Positions 1 to 9,504 of a stretch of 64,000 nt of DNA are shown here, piece after piece. The stretch's first letter is position 1. The number at the start of each line of letters is the position of its first letter. The translations under genes were made by a program, and so were the position numbers. The DNA lies in contig JABUFA010000008.1 in NCBI GenBank assembly GCA_013314755.1, positions 708 to 64,707 of the forward strand, read 5' to 3'. The stretch comes from Chthonomonadia bacterium (lineage in GTDB: Bacteria; Armatimonadota; HRBIN16). Under the pieces are notes generated by a model, which worked only from the letters and a program-made list of their open reading frames with translations, was not told the DNA's origin and did not search any database.

Positions 1-617
1 CCAATCGCCATCAGGCGCAGGGATAGTAGTCGGTGCACGCGCATCGGTGGAAGAGCCAGCCGACGCAGAAGATACGCCACCGCCAGCACCCCTCCGGCTA
101 TCACGCCTGCCAGCGCACCCGCAGAACCGAACCACACTGCCCCTGCCACAGCCAGCAGGACGGCTGAGGTGCGTTCCAGAATGACCGCCCGCGCCTCCAC
201 ATGCGCCTGCAAACGCGCCCGTGCTACTCCAGCCAGCAGCTGCCCGATGCACGCCAGCGACCAGTAGGTCCCCGCCAGCACCACCGCTACCCGCAGGCGG
301 GGGGAACCGTAAAGGAGCCATGCGCTCAGCGTGACCGCAGATAGAAGGAGGAGGCTCTGCGCTAACCGTAAGCCCAGACTCGCGCTCAGCACTGCACGAG
401 AACGGGGGCGCCGCGCGATATGCCGGGTGATTACCGCAGAAAGCCCCATGTCCGCAAGGGGAACCAGCGACCCCGCAAACGCCATCGCCTGCGCGAAGTC
501 GCCATAGGAGGCAGGGGCGAGCAACCGCGCCAGCAGGATGTTGTTCACCAGCCCCAGCAGACGCGCCGCGACCTGCGAGCCGAGCAACCAGCGTGTGGTG
601 AACTGCCACGCTTTCAC
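1..617 (-). CDS. Polysaccharide flippase (Wzx/MOP family), runs off the window edge
   Basis: Read by hand. GTG at 617 overlaps the rfbA stop (GTGA) and gives MKAWQFTTRWLLGSQVAARLLGLVNNILLARLLAPASYGDFA...DMGLSAVITRHIARR, a typical flippase N-terminus. The sequence is hydrophobic and follows rfbA/wzc. Confidence 0.8.
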   Translation of the reverse strand, partial: MKAWQFTTRWLLGSQVAARLLGLVNNILLARLLAPASYGDFAQAMAFAGSLVPLADMGLSAVITRHIARRPRSRAVLSASLGLRLAQSLLLLSAVTLSAWLLYGSPRLRVAVVLAGTYWSLACIGQLLAGVARARLQAHVEARAVILERTSAVLLAVAGAVWFGSAGALAGVIAGGVLAVAYLLRRLALPPMRVHRLLSLRLMAI

Positions 618-1678
618 AGCAGGTTGACCTGACTGTTATCTCCCAGCATCAGCCTGACGGCGCGCGGCTTGCCCTCATCGCGACAGACGGTGACATTGCG
701 CCCCAGCAGGCTATCTTCCATGCGCGAGCCGATGTGCAGAATGCGACAGCCCTCTAATATCACGCTGTGCTCGATCTCGCTGGCGACAATGTGCACCTGG
801 TCGGCAATGGAGGTGAACGGACCGATGTAGGCGTTCTCTATCAGGCAGTTCGTGCCGATGATGACGGGTCCTCGAATCACGCTGTTGACCACGCGCGTGC
901 CTTCGCCGATGCACACCCGCCCGTGCAAGCGCGAACGTTCATCCACCTCTGCGCGGATGTCGCGTTCGATGTCCTCCAGCAGGATGCGGTTCGCCTCCAG
1001 AATGGCTTCGAGGTTGCCCGTATCCTTCCACCATCCGCTGATGATGTGCGAGCGCACCTGATAACCGTGGTCAATCAGATACTGGATGGCGTCGGTGATT
1101 TCCAGCTCGCCCCGTGCAGAAGGGCGGATGGCATTGACCGCCTCGAAGATATGCTCGTCAAACATATACACGCCCACCAGCGCGAGGTCAGACGGGGGCT
1201 GTTTGGGCTTCTCTATCAGGCGCACCACGCGGTCTCCCTCCAGCACGGCGACGCCAAACTCCTGGGGATTGGGCACTCGCGCCAGCAGTATCTGCGCGTT
1301 GGGACGTATCTGCTCGAACTCGCGCACGAAGGGAGTGATGCCCTCCTTCACCAGATTATCGCCCAGATACATCACGAACGGCTCGTCCCCCAGAAAGTCC
1401 TGCGCGACCTTGACCGCATGCGCCAGCCCGAGAGGCTCCGGCTGGTGAATGTAGGTGACGCGAACGCCCCACCGACTGCCGTCGCCCACCGCCTGCATAA
1501 TCTCCTCGCGCGTATCGCCCACGATGATGCCCACGTCGGTGATTCCGGCGTCGCGTATGGCTTCAATGCCGTAGAAGAGCACCGGCTTGTTGGCGATGGG
1601 GATGAGCTGTTTCGCGCCGGTGTAGGTGATGGGGCGCAGGCGAGTGCCCTTACCCCCGCTCAGGATAAGCCCTTTCAC
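614..1678 (-). CDS. rfbA: Glucose-1-phosphate thymidylyltransferase (long form)
   Basis: KGLILSGGKGTRLRPITYTGAKQLIPIANKP, GLAHAV and SARGELEITDAI motifs, plus a C-terminal hexapeptide-repeat region. GTG start with an AGGAGG RBS. Confidence 0.92.
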   Translation of the reverse strand: MKGLILSGGKGTRLRPITYTGAKQLIPIANKPVLFYGIEAIRDAGITDVGIIVGDTREEIMQAVGDGSRWGVRVTYIHQPEPLGLAHAVKVAQDFLGDEPFVMYLGDNLVKEGITPFVREFEQIRPNAQILLARVPNPQEFGVAVLEGDRVVRLIEKPKQPPSDLALVGVYMFDEHIFEAVNAIRPSARGELEITDAIQYLIDHGYQVRSHIISGWWKDTGNLEAILEANRILLEDIERDIRAEVDERSRLHGRVCIGEGTRVVNSVIRGPVIIGTNCLIENAYIGPFTSIADQVHIVASEIEHSVILEGCRILHIGSRMEDSLLGRNVTVCRDEGKPRAVRLMLGDNSQVNLL

Positions 1679-3858
1679 GAGCGATACCTCCTTGTTATAC
1701 GTCCGTAGTTTGCGTCGCCGTTCGCCACTATACCCAGTAGTCTGGTGTCTGGCAGAGCGCGAAGGGATTCCACGGCACTCAGCGCGAGGTCGCGGGAGGT
1801 TACCCCCGGCTGCACAACGAGCACAACGGCGTCGCATTGTAGTGCAAGCACCCGCGCATCGGCGAACGGCTCTACCGGCGGCGTATCCATTAGCACCACG
1901 TCATACCTGTCTCGCAAATGTGTAAGAAGTTCGCGCATTCTGGTACTTTCCAGTAGTTCAGTGGAGTTGGGCGACACGGCACCTGCAGGCAAGAGCCACA
2001 GGTTATCAACAGGCGTCGGACGGATGCACGCTTCGAGTTCGCCCTCACCCCGAAGCAGCTCCGCCAGTCCGGGCGAGGGGGACACGCCGTCAAAATGATG
2101 ATGCGTTGGCTCACGCAGGTCGGCGTCTATCAGTATCACCTTCTGCCCAGATTGCGCTATGCTGACAGCAAGATGCCTGCTCACAAGCGTTTTGCCCTCT
2201 CTGTTTGCAGGTGAAGTGACCATCAATAGCCGCACAGAATGCTCTAACGAGGCGAGACGGATGGCGGTGCGCAGGTTACGAAACGCCTCTATCACTGAAG
2301 GCTCCCACAGAATGGATGAGTCGGTGCTGTCGCGAAGCGGGGGGATTGTGCCCAGCAGGGGCAGGTCCAGCCATTCGGTGGCGTGTTGCGCCGAGGGCAG
2401 ACGGCGGTCCAGGCGGTCCAGCAGAAGGACGAATCCGATAGCCAGAAGAGTGCCCAGAACCGTGCCCATCAGCATATTGAGGATGCGTCGCGGTTTGACG
2501 CGCTTGCCCGGAATCTGCGCCAGTTCCACCACACGCGCACCCCCCAGCTTCACCGCCTGGGTCAGTTCCGCCTCCTGCAGACGCTCCATCAGGAACAGGT
2601 ACCGTTTCTCCAGAGCCTGCCGCTGACGCAGAAGCTGGGTGAGCTCCTTTTCCAGCTGAGGAACGGTCAGCATCTGCTGGCGAATGCTGTTCATGGTATT
2701 TTCCAGTGCGCTCATCTGTGCCTCCTGCCCCACAATATCGGCAGAAAGCAGGGCGACGCTTTTGTATAACTCTTGATACACAGGGTTAGGCAGACGTTGA
2801 ACGCTTTCAATACGAAGCGATTCCTGCTTTAGGCGCTCTCGCAGGGCGTCCACTCGTGCCTGCGCAGATTGAACGCGCGGGTGCTCTTCGGTGAACTGTG
2901 CCTGCAGGGCGAGCAGTTCCGCTTCCGCCGTGACCAGCTGTTTTTTAATTTCCTGCACCGTCGGATTCTCGTAGATGGTGGGCGAGACAAGGGTAGAAGG
3001 TTCCTGACCGAGCCTGCGGCGCGTTTCGGCAAGGCGGGTTCGCAGGTCGGTCAAGCGCAGATTCCCCTGCCAGCGGCGGTTGCTCAGCTCCACCATTTGC
3101 AGCATCAGAACGCGCATCTCTTCGTTCGCGTCCAGAAACATCTTCTGGCGTTTAAAAGATGCCAGCTGTTCGTCCGCGCGGGCAAGTTGCGTCTTCACTC
3201 CATTGGGACCGTCCAACTGCTCCCGGATGAATCGAACGGTGTTCCGTGCCTCTTCTTTGCGCAGTCGCTCATTCTGCCAGGCGATGACGATAGCGGCGGC
3301 GTTGGCTGCATCCTGCGCTCGGCGGGGTGAGCGCGCTTCGGCAAAGAGCTCAATCAAGCCGGTGTCCTCTACCAGCCTTGCCCGGACATCCTGCTCGAAG
3401 TCATCCTCGTCTTTCGGTTTAGCAGGGTTGCGCCCCTCTATCTGCGCGGCACGTGTCAGCACGCATTGCTCTACGTCGGCGCCGCCAGTATCACATAGTT
3501 TGTTTTCAAATAAATCTCTAATTCTGTCTACATGATAGTATTGCGCTAAAGAAATGCCCTGATTTTCTGCAATGCTCACCATTGCGTCAACCAGCAGTTT
3601 ATAGGGGTATGTGTCGGTCAGCTCAGCCTGCTCTTGGGGAACGGTGCGCGTAAAGCCAGCACCAAATACATCGGTACGCAGGACAAAGCCAGAGGGCTGT
3701 TCAATTTGCACCACTGCCTTCGCCCGATAGACCGGGCGTGTGGTAAACGTGACCAGTGCAGTGCCCAGCACCACGAGCACAAAACACGAAAGAGCATATG
3801 CCCGTCGCCGCTGAAGAGCATCCACTACCTGTGATAGCACTGTACGTTCGCGAGACAC
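1675..3858 (-). CDS. Wzc/GumC-like polysaccharide co-polymerase with BY-kinase domain
   Basis: Two TM segments flank a coiled-coil region. Motifs: EAFRNLRT, Walker A SPANREGKT, A' ILIDADLR, B VLMDTPP. Start placed at the GTG after AGGAGG. Confidence 0.88.
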   Translation of the reverse strand: MSRERTVLSQVVDALQRRRAYALSCFVLVVLGTALVTFTTRPVYRAKAVVQIEQPSGFVLRTDVFGAGFTRTVPQEQAELTDTYPYKLLVDAMVSIAENQGISLAQYYHVDRIRDLFENKLCDTGGADVEQCVLTRAAQIEGRNPAKPKDEDDFEQDVRARLVEDTGLIELFAEARSPRRAQDAANAAAIVIAWQNERLRKEEARNTVRFIREQLDGPNGVKTQLARADEQLASFKRQKMFLDANEEMRVLMLQMVELSNRRWQGNLRLTDLRTRLAETRRRLGQEPSTLVSPTIYENPTVQEIKKQLVTAEAELLALQAQFTEEHPRVQSAQARVDALRERLKQESLRIESVQRLPNPVYQELYKSVALLSADIVGQEAQMSALENTMNSIRQQMLTVPQLEKELTQLLRQRQALEKRYLFLMERLQEAELTQAVKLGGARVVELAQIPGKRVKPRRILNMLMGTVLGTLLAIGFVLLLDRLDRRLPSAQHATEWLDLPLLGTIPPLRDSTDSSILWEPSVIEAFRNLRTAIRLASLEHSVRLLMVTSPANREGKTLVSRHLAVSIAQSGQKVILIDADLREPTHHHFDGVSPSPGLAELLRGEGELEACIRPTPVDNLWLLPAGAVSPNSTELLESTRMRELLTHLRDRYDVVLMDTPPVEPFADARVLALQCDAVVLVVQPGVTSRDLALSAVESLRALPDTRLLGIVANGDANYGRITRRYRS

Positions 3859-3890
3859 GTGGCGATGCAACCTCCTGCCCTTCGTCTTCC

Positions 3891-3919
3891 AGTGTATCAG
3901 CCCACCGAACAAAAGTCAA
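3891..3919 (-). promoter_or_regulatory. sigma70-type promoter of the wzc operon
   Basis: TTGACT-N17-TACACT on the minus strand, ~33 nt upstream of the start. Confidence 0.6.
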
Positions 3920-3926
3920 TCACAGC

Positions 3927-3951
3927 AGGAATCGTCCGACCGTATGTTGAA
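3927..3951 (+). promoter_or_regulatory. sigmaH-like promoter motif upstream of parA
   Basis: gcAGGA-N18-GAAg, ~29 nt before the ATG. The same motif recurs upstream of ~10 genes in the window. Confidence 0.55.
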
Positions 3952-3979
3952 GCCGAACCACAAGGGAGGCGATGCTTGG

Positions 3980-4756
3980 ATGGGACTGGTGTACGCGGTT
4001 GTGAACCAGAAAGGCGGGGTAGGCAAGACCACCACGGCGGTGAACGTGGCGGCGTCGGTCGCGCTGGCGGGCAGGCGGGTGCTCTTGGTAGACGTTGACC
4101 CCCAGGGTAATGCCACCAGTGGTGTGGGAATCGAGAAGAGCAAACTGGCAAACAGCGTTTACCATGTGCTGGTAGATGACCTTCCGATGGAGGAGGTTAT
4201 TCTTCGTACATCGGTTGAAGGGCTGGATGTCGTACCATCTACGCTGGACCTGGCGGGTGCTGAGATTGAGTTGATGACCAGAATCAGCCGAGAACAGGTG
4301 TTGAAACACGCCATCGAGCCGATCAGACAGCGTTACGACTACATTTTCCTTGACACTCCTCCCTCGCTCGGCTTACTTACGGTGAACTGCCTGACGGCGT
4401 GCGATAGGGCGATAGTGCCCATTCAGTGCGAATATTACGCGCTGGAGGGGATTACGCAGTTAATGCGCACGGTGGACCTGGTCCGTCGCCGGCTGAATCC
4501 GACGTTGCGCATCGCGCATGTTCTGCTCACCATGAAGGACCCGCGGCTACGTCTTGCCCAGCAGGTAGAAGAAGAGGTGCGAGCGTTTTTCGGAGATGTG
4601 GTCTCCCCCGTGGTGATACCGCGCAACGTGCGTTTGAGTGAGGCGCCCAGTTTCGGGATGCCTGTGGTGTTATACGATCCGAAGTCACGGGGCGCGGAGG
4701 CATATCGGCAATTTGCGCTGGAGGTGATGAGCGATGACTCGCAAGGCACTGGGTAG
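3980..4756 (+). CDS. parA: Chromosome partitioning ATPase ParA/Soj
   Basis: NQKGGVGKTTT deviant Walker A, DVDPQGNATSG, DTPPSLG, PIQCEYYALEG, IPRNVRLSEAPSFG. Confidence 0.95.
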   Translation: MGLVYAVVNQKGGVGKTTTAVNVAASVALAGRRVLLVDVDPQGNATSGVGIEKSKLANSVYHVLVDDLPMEEVILRTSVEGLDVVPSTLDLAGAEIELMTRISREQVLKHAIEPIRQRYDYIFLDTPPSLGLLTVNCLTACDRAIVPIQCEYYALEGITQLMRTVDLVRRRLNPTLRIAHVLLTMKDPRLRLAQQVEEEVRAFFGDVVSPVVIPRNVRLSEAPSFGMPVVLYDPKSRGAEAYRQFALEVMSDDSQGTG

Positions 4757-5585
4757 GGGGCTTTCCGCGTTGATTGGAGGTTCGGAAGAGGTAGAAGAGT
4801 CGATTACCGAAATCCCGTTGTCGTCGATTGTGCCAAATCCGGACCAGCCGCGCCGGGATATTGACCGTGACAGCATAGAGGAACTGGCGGCGTCGATTCG
4901 GGAGCACGGAGTGCTTCAACCCGTAATCGTTCAGCCCTTACCGGACGGCAGGTATCAGCTGGTAGCGGGTGAGCGCAGGTGGCGGGCGGCGCGGGTTGCC
5001 GGTTTATCTGCCGTGCCAGCGATTATCAGGAGAGTGAGTGACGAGGAGCGTCTGGAGCTGGCTTTGGTAGAGAACGTGCAGAGGGAGGATATCAACGCGG
5101 TAGACGAGGCGATTGCGTATCGTGCGTTGATGGAGCGGTTCGGCATGACGCAGGAGGAGGTTGCGCGTAAGGTTGGGAAGAGCCGAACAGCGGTGGCAAA
5201 CACGCTTCGGCTTTTAACCCTGGACACGGAGATTCTGGACGGCTTGAGGCAGGGCAAGATTACGGAGGGTCATGCGCGTGCGCTGCTGATGGCTCCTGAA
5301 GGAGCACGGTTGGAGTTGTATCGCCGGGCGGTGCGAGCAGGGTGGAGCGTGCGTGAGGTAGAACGAGCGGCGCGGGCGGCGAGCAAGGAGACTTCGGAAC
5401 CTTCCGAGATTGTTTCACGTGAAACACCTGCTCCTGACCCTCATGTGCTTGCGCTGGAGGACAGACTGCGCAGCGTACTCGCAACGCGGGTGCAGATACG
5501 CTGTGTAGATGGAAGAGGCGCGATAGAAATTCACTTCTATGACATAGACGACCTGACCCGTATCGTGGACATCATCGCCCGGTAA
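4734..5585 (+). CDS. parB: Chromosome partitioning protein ParB/Spo0J
   Basis: ALGRGLSALI, PNPDQPRR, GERRWRAA (CTPase box), ENVQREDI, HTH KSRTAVANTLRLL. Confidence 0.95.
   Translation: MTRKALGRGLSALIGGSEEVEESITEIPLSSIVPNPDQPRRDIDRDSIEELAASIREHGVLQPVIVQPLPDGRYQLVAGERRWRAARVAGLSAVPAIIRRVSDEERLELALVENVQREDINAVDEAIAYRALMERFGMTQEEVARKVGKSRTAVANTLRLLTLDTEILDGLRQGKITEGHARALLMAPEGARLELYRRAVRAGWSVREVERAARAASKETSEPSEIVSRETPAPDPHVLALEDRLRSVLATRVQIRCVDGRGAIEIHFYDIDDLTRIVDIIAR
5411..5426. promoter_or_regulatory. parS: parS centromere site inside the parB coding sequence
   Basis: Perfect 16-bp palindrome TGTTTCACGTGAAACA (encodes VSRET), matching the widespread parS consensus. Confidence 0.9.
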
Positions 5586-5655
5586 ACGCTATCTTAACGG
5601 CGTGGCAAGCGGCGTATCCAGGTTTTTCCGTTACTGTCTTCTCTGGGGGTGAGGA

Positions 5656-7275
5656 ATGAACGAACTGCTGGCGGAACAGATGTTTGTGCTGTTTGTCATC
5701 CTCGCCATTGGATGCTGGCTGGGACAGCTATCCGTGCGAGGCGTGTCGCTGGGTGCTGCTGGCGTTCTGTTTGTGGCACTGGCTTTCGGGCACTTTGGAT
5801 ATAAGGTACCCAAGGAGGTGCGTGACCTCGGCTTACTACTGTTTGTGTATGCCGTCGGTCTGCAGGCGGGTCCGCGCTTCTTCCGGGCATTTAAGAAACA
5901 GGGACTGCCGTTCGTGATAATCGGGGTGGTTAGCGTTCTTGCTGCTTCAGTCAGTACGGCAGTGGTAGCAAGCCTGTGGCACCTTTCTCCGGAGCTGGCA
6001 ACAGGGTTGTATACTGGCGCCGTGACAAACACCCCGGCACTCGCTTCGGCAATAGACGCAGTGGAACGCATCGCGTCGCAGAAAGTGGGGGAGGTAAGTG
6101 TGGGCTACGGTGTTGCCTATCCGTTCAGCATGATAGGCACGGTACTGCTTGTCCAGTTCTTGCCCCGGTTGCTTCGCCGCAATATTTGGGAAGAGGAACA
6201 GGCATGGAGAAAACAACAGGAGCGGGAATCGCCTAAACTGCTGGCAAAACGGTTCGTTATCACCAACCCGAACTGCGATGGCAAATCTATCCGTGAGATT
6301 AATCCGCACCGCATGAGTATGGCAAATATCTCACGGGTGCGTCATGGCGATACTGTCTATCCTGCCACCCCCGACTTTGTCCTGCATTGCGGGGACGTGG
6401 TAATGGCGGTTGGAACAGAGCAGGAACTGGAAAAACTGCGACTGCTGCTGGGAGAAGAGACGCAGGTGCCGATGGATATTAACCCGAACGTCATCGCCGC
6501 CGATGTGGACGTTACGGAAGGTACAGTGGCTGGTAAGAAGATACAGGAACTGCGCGTGTGGGAACAGTACGGCGTGGTTATCACGCGCGTCCGACGACAG
6601 GGAGCAGAGATAACACCAGTGGGCGATGTCACTCTGGAACTTGGCGATACGTTGCGTATCGTGGGTGAGCGAGAATCTGTAGAACGTTTCGCTAAATTAG
6701 TGGGAACAGGCACGCATAAAGACGAAACCAGTATGGTCACCTTTCTGGCCGGGCTGGTGGTGGGCATTGCTGTTGGCTCTATCCCCTTTCAGCTCTCGGG
6801 GGGAATCCAGGTCAAGATGGGCGCGGCAGGCGGAGCATTCCTTGCCAGTTTGCTCATCGGACATTTCGGAAGAATCGGGAAATTATCGCTGTATGTGCCT
6901 CCCGCTGCCAGAAATCTGTCTCGTGAATTGGGGCTGATGCTTTTTCTGGCAGGTGCTGGTACCAGCGCAGGGGCAGATTTCGTACGTGTTCTTCAGAGCC
7001 AGGGACCCAGCCTTTTTGCTGCCGGGGCGATAATTACCGTCTGTACAGCTTTGCTCACCCTCCTGCTGGCACTGTACCTCTACCGAATGAGCACACTGGC
7101 GACAATGGGAGCACTTGCCTCCTGCATGACCAACCCCCCTGCGCTGGGAGCTGCTGCCTCGCAGACGGATACAGACCTAGCCACCCTCGCCTACGCCAGC
7201 GTTTACCCGGTAGCGCTGATATTCAAAATCCTCGTTGCTCAGATAATGCTGAAGGTGCTCAGCTGGATACTATAG
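5656..7275 (+). CDS. AspT/YidE/YbjL family antiporter with two TrkA-C domains
   Basis: Duplicated membrane domains (LGLLLFVYAVGLQAGPRFF; GAVTNTPAL / CMTNPPALG; YASVYP) flank a soluble TrkA-C-like region. Confidence 0.85.
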   Translation: MNELLAEQMFVLFVILAIGCWLGQLSVRGVSLGAAGVLFVALAFGHFGYKVPKEVRDLGLLLFVYAVGLQAGPRFFRAFKKQGLPFVIIGVVSVLAASVSTAVVASLWHLSPELATGLYTGAVTNTPALASAIDAVERIASQKVGEVSVGYGVAYPFSMIGTVLLVQFLPRLLRRNIWEEEQAWRKQQERESPKLLAKRFVITNPNCDGKSIREINPHRMSMANISRVRHGDTVYPATPDFVLHCGDVVMAVGTEQELEKLRLLLGEETQVPMDINPNVIAADVDVTEGTVAGKKIQELRVWEQYGVVITRVRRQGAEITPVGDVTLELGDTLRIVGERESVERFAKLVGTGTHKDETSMVTFLAGLVVGIAVGSIPFQLSGGIQVKMGAAGGAFLASLLIGHFGRIGKLSLYVPPAARNLSRELGLMLFLAGAGTSAGADFVRVLQSQGPSLFAAGAIITVCTALLTLLLALYLYRMSTLATMGALASCMTNPPALGAAASQTDTDLATLAYASVYPVALIFKILVAQIMLKVLSWIL

Positions 7276-7298
7276 CGACGGAGTACCTCGCCTCCGTG

Positions 7299-8966
7299 TT
7301 ACCAGGATGCACCGGTAATCTGCCCGCTTCCGTCCACGTCCATCTTCAGGGCAGCAGGCGCGGCGGGCAGACCGGGCATGGTCATCATGTCTCCACATAA
7401 CACGCGCACGAAACCCGCTCCCGATGCCAGCTGCGCGTCTGTGACCGACAGCGTAAAACCTCTGGGGGCACCTTTCAGATTCGGGTCGTGCGACAGCGAA
7501 AACTGTGTTTTTGCAAAACAGATGGGCAGTTTGCCGAAGCCCCACCGCTCAAACTGCTTCAGCTTGGACCGCACGCCCGCCTCGTAGCGCACCTCACTCG
7601 CTCCATATATCTGTGTGGCAACTGCCGTTATTTTCTCCTGAAGCGAAGCATCGGGACAGTATAAAGGCTTGAAATCGGTTTTGTTTGCATCGGAAACCGC
7701 TCGCACGGCTTCTGCGAGGTCTATGCCCCCCTCCGCACCGCGTGCGAAGCTTTCCAAAACGGCGACCCCTTCTGCCCCCGCCTGCCTCGCCAGCCTGTAC
7801 AGAAATTCGATCTCCGCTTCGGTATCGGAGGGAAATCGGTTGATTGCCACCACCACCGGCACTCCCAAGCGATGGACGATGTCGATGTGTGCCTTTAGGT
7901 TAACCGCGCCCTGTTCGAGCGCAGGCAGGTTCTCCTGATCCAGCTCTGCAGGCAGCGGCTTGCCCGACACTACTTTGAACTTTCCGCTGTGTACCTTCAA
8001 CGCACGTATAGTAGTGACCAGCACCGCCGCATCGGGCGACTTGCCGAGAACGGGAGATACAATATGACAGAACTTCTCGAACCCCAGGTCGGAGCCGAAG
8101 CCTGCTTCGGTGACCACAAAATCGCTGGTTTGCATGGCGATTCGGTCTGCGATAATTGAATTACATCCTGTTGCAATATTTCCAAACGGTCCCGTGTGCA
8201 CAAACAGCGGTGTTCCCTCCAGCGTCTGCACCAGGTTGGGCATCAGCGCATCGCGCAACAGCACCGTTAACGCTCCCGCCGCCCCGAGGTCTTCCACTGT
8301 AATGGGATTCTCATCAACGGTCGCGCCCACCACGATTTGTCCCAGACGCCTGCGCAGGTCGTTGAGGTCCCTGCTTAACGAGAGCACTGCCATGATTTCG
8401 GATGCGGCGGTAATCTCAAAACCTGTTTCACGGGGCACACCGTTAGACTTGCCTCCGATGCCGACGATCACCCTGCGCAGGGAGCGGTCGGGCACGTCCA
8501 GCACACGGTTCCACCAGACGCCATGAGTGTCAAAGCGAAGGGCATTACCGTGATGGATATGAGCTTCAATGAGAGCGGCAAGCAGGTTATGCGCCGCAGT
8601 GACCGCATGAAAATCGCCGGTGAAGTGCAGATTGATGTCATCGGCGGGATATGCCTGAGCGCGTCCGCCGCCGGTGCCGCCTCCCTTCACACCGAACACG
8701 GGTCCCAGTGACGGCTCGCGGATACATACCGAGACGTTCTCCCCGATGCGTCGCAGAGCATCTCCAAGCCCGATGGTGGTAACGGTTTTGCCTTCTCCTG
8801 CCGGTGTGGGGGTGATGGCGGTAACCACAATCAGTTTGCCCTGTGGACGGGACGCAAGGCGTTCAATGGCGCTCAGGCGGACTTTCGCTTTGTATTCTCC
8901 ATAGGGTATCAGCTCCTCGTCGAGCAAGCCCAACCGATTCGCCACGTCGCGAATGGGTGATGGCAT
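7299..8966 (-). CDS. fhs: Formate--tetrahydrofolate ligase
   Basis: TAITPTPAGEGKT, REPSLGPVFGVKGG, INLHFTGDFHA, VTEAGFGSDLGFEKF, KTQFSLSH, MTMPGLP. Confidence 0.96.
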   Translation of the reverse strand: MPSPIRDVANRLGLLDEELIPYGEYKAKVRLSAIERLASRPQGKLIVVTAITPTPAGEGKTVTTIGLGDALRRIGENVSVCIREPSLGPVFGVKGGGTGGGRAQAYPADDINLHFTGDFHAVTAAHNLLAALIEAHIHHGNALRFDTHGVWWNRVLDVPDRSLRRVIVGIGGKSNGVPRETGFEITAASEIMAVLSLSRDLNDLRRRLGQIVVGATVDENPITVEDLGAAGALTVLLRDALMPNLVQTLEGTPLFVHTGPFGNIATGCNSIIADRIAMQTSDFVVTEAGFGSDLGFEKFCHIVSPVLGKSPDAAVLVTTIRALKVHSGKFKVVSGKPLPAELDQENLPALEQGAVNLKAHIDIVHRLGVPVVVAINRFPSDTEAEIEFLYRLARQAGAEGVAVLESFARGAEGGIDLAEAVRAVSDANKTDFKPLYCPDASLQEKITAVATQIYGASEVRYEAGVRSKLKQFERWGFGKLPICFAKTQFSLSHDPNLKGAPRGFTLSVTDAQLASGAGFVRVLCGDMMTMPGLPAAPAALKMDVDGSGQITGASW

Positions 8967-9032
8967 GTTTAACCTCCTTTTTCACGACGATGCCGTATAT
9001 ATTTTCCCTCTTCGCGTGCCGGTTTCCTTTTG

Positions 9033-9407
9033 CTATCCTGCAGCGGAGTCTTCCACATCGGGCATGGGGAAGTTCAGGAAGGAGTAACCAGCCCCACAGC
9101 ATTCCGGGCAAAACAGCAGGAGGAACCGTCCGGGTCTCTCAGGGTGTGGTGTGCGCACCACGCCGGGCAGGGTGTGGTCTACGGGGGGCTGAAGCACCAC
9201 CATCTCAATATGGGGATGAAGAGCGCAGAAGTAGCACACCTTCACAGGTTCCTGCTCCTTAGAGGTGCGTCGCCGGTACAGCGTTTTCGTGCGCCAGCGA
9301 TGTCCGTTGGGGAGCAGGTATACCTGATAGATGCGCGTCCAGCGGAAAACCTGTCGCCGCACCTCACGCCGCGATATGTGCTCTTCCTGTGGCTCTCGCA
9401 TCATCAA
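9033..9407 (-). CDS. Hypothetical protein with CxxC pairs (possible Zn-binding)
   Basis: 124-aa ORF with CYFC and CPECC motifs. It fills the gap between fhs and the repeat cluster; no family recognised. Confidence 0.5.
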   Translation of the reverse strand: MMMREPQEEHISRREVRRQVFRWTRIYQVYLLPNGHRWRTKTLYRRRTSKEQEPVKVCYFCALHPHIEMVVLQPPVDHTLPGVVRTPHPERPGRFLLLFCPECCGAGYSFLNFPMPDVEDSAAG

Positions 9408-9504
9408 CCCCTACGCTTAGTATCGGCAGGATAACACGAGAATTGAAGCCGGCAACGGGAAGTGCTTAAGAGACAGCCCTGCAGATGAAGGTTGGGGGCA
9501 AATT

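Noticed and set aside
8424-8439. parS-like TGTTTCACGGGGCACA in fhs
   Set aside because: Three mismatches in one half-site; probably chance.
8967-9032. THF/ZTP riboswitch upstream of fhs
   Set aside because: The leader is too short and has no recognisable aptamer motifs.
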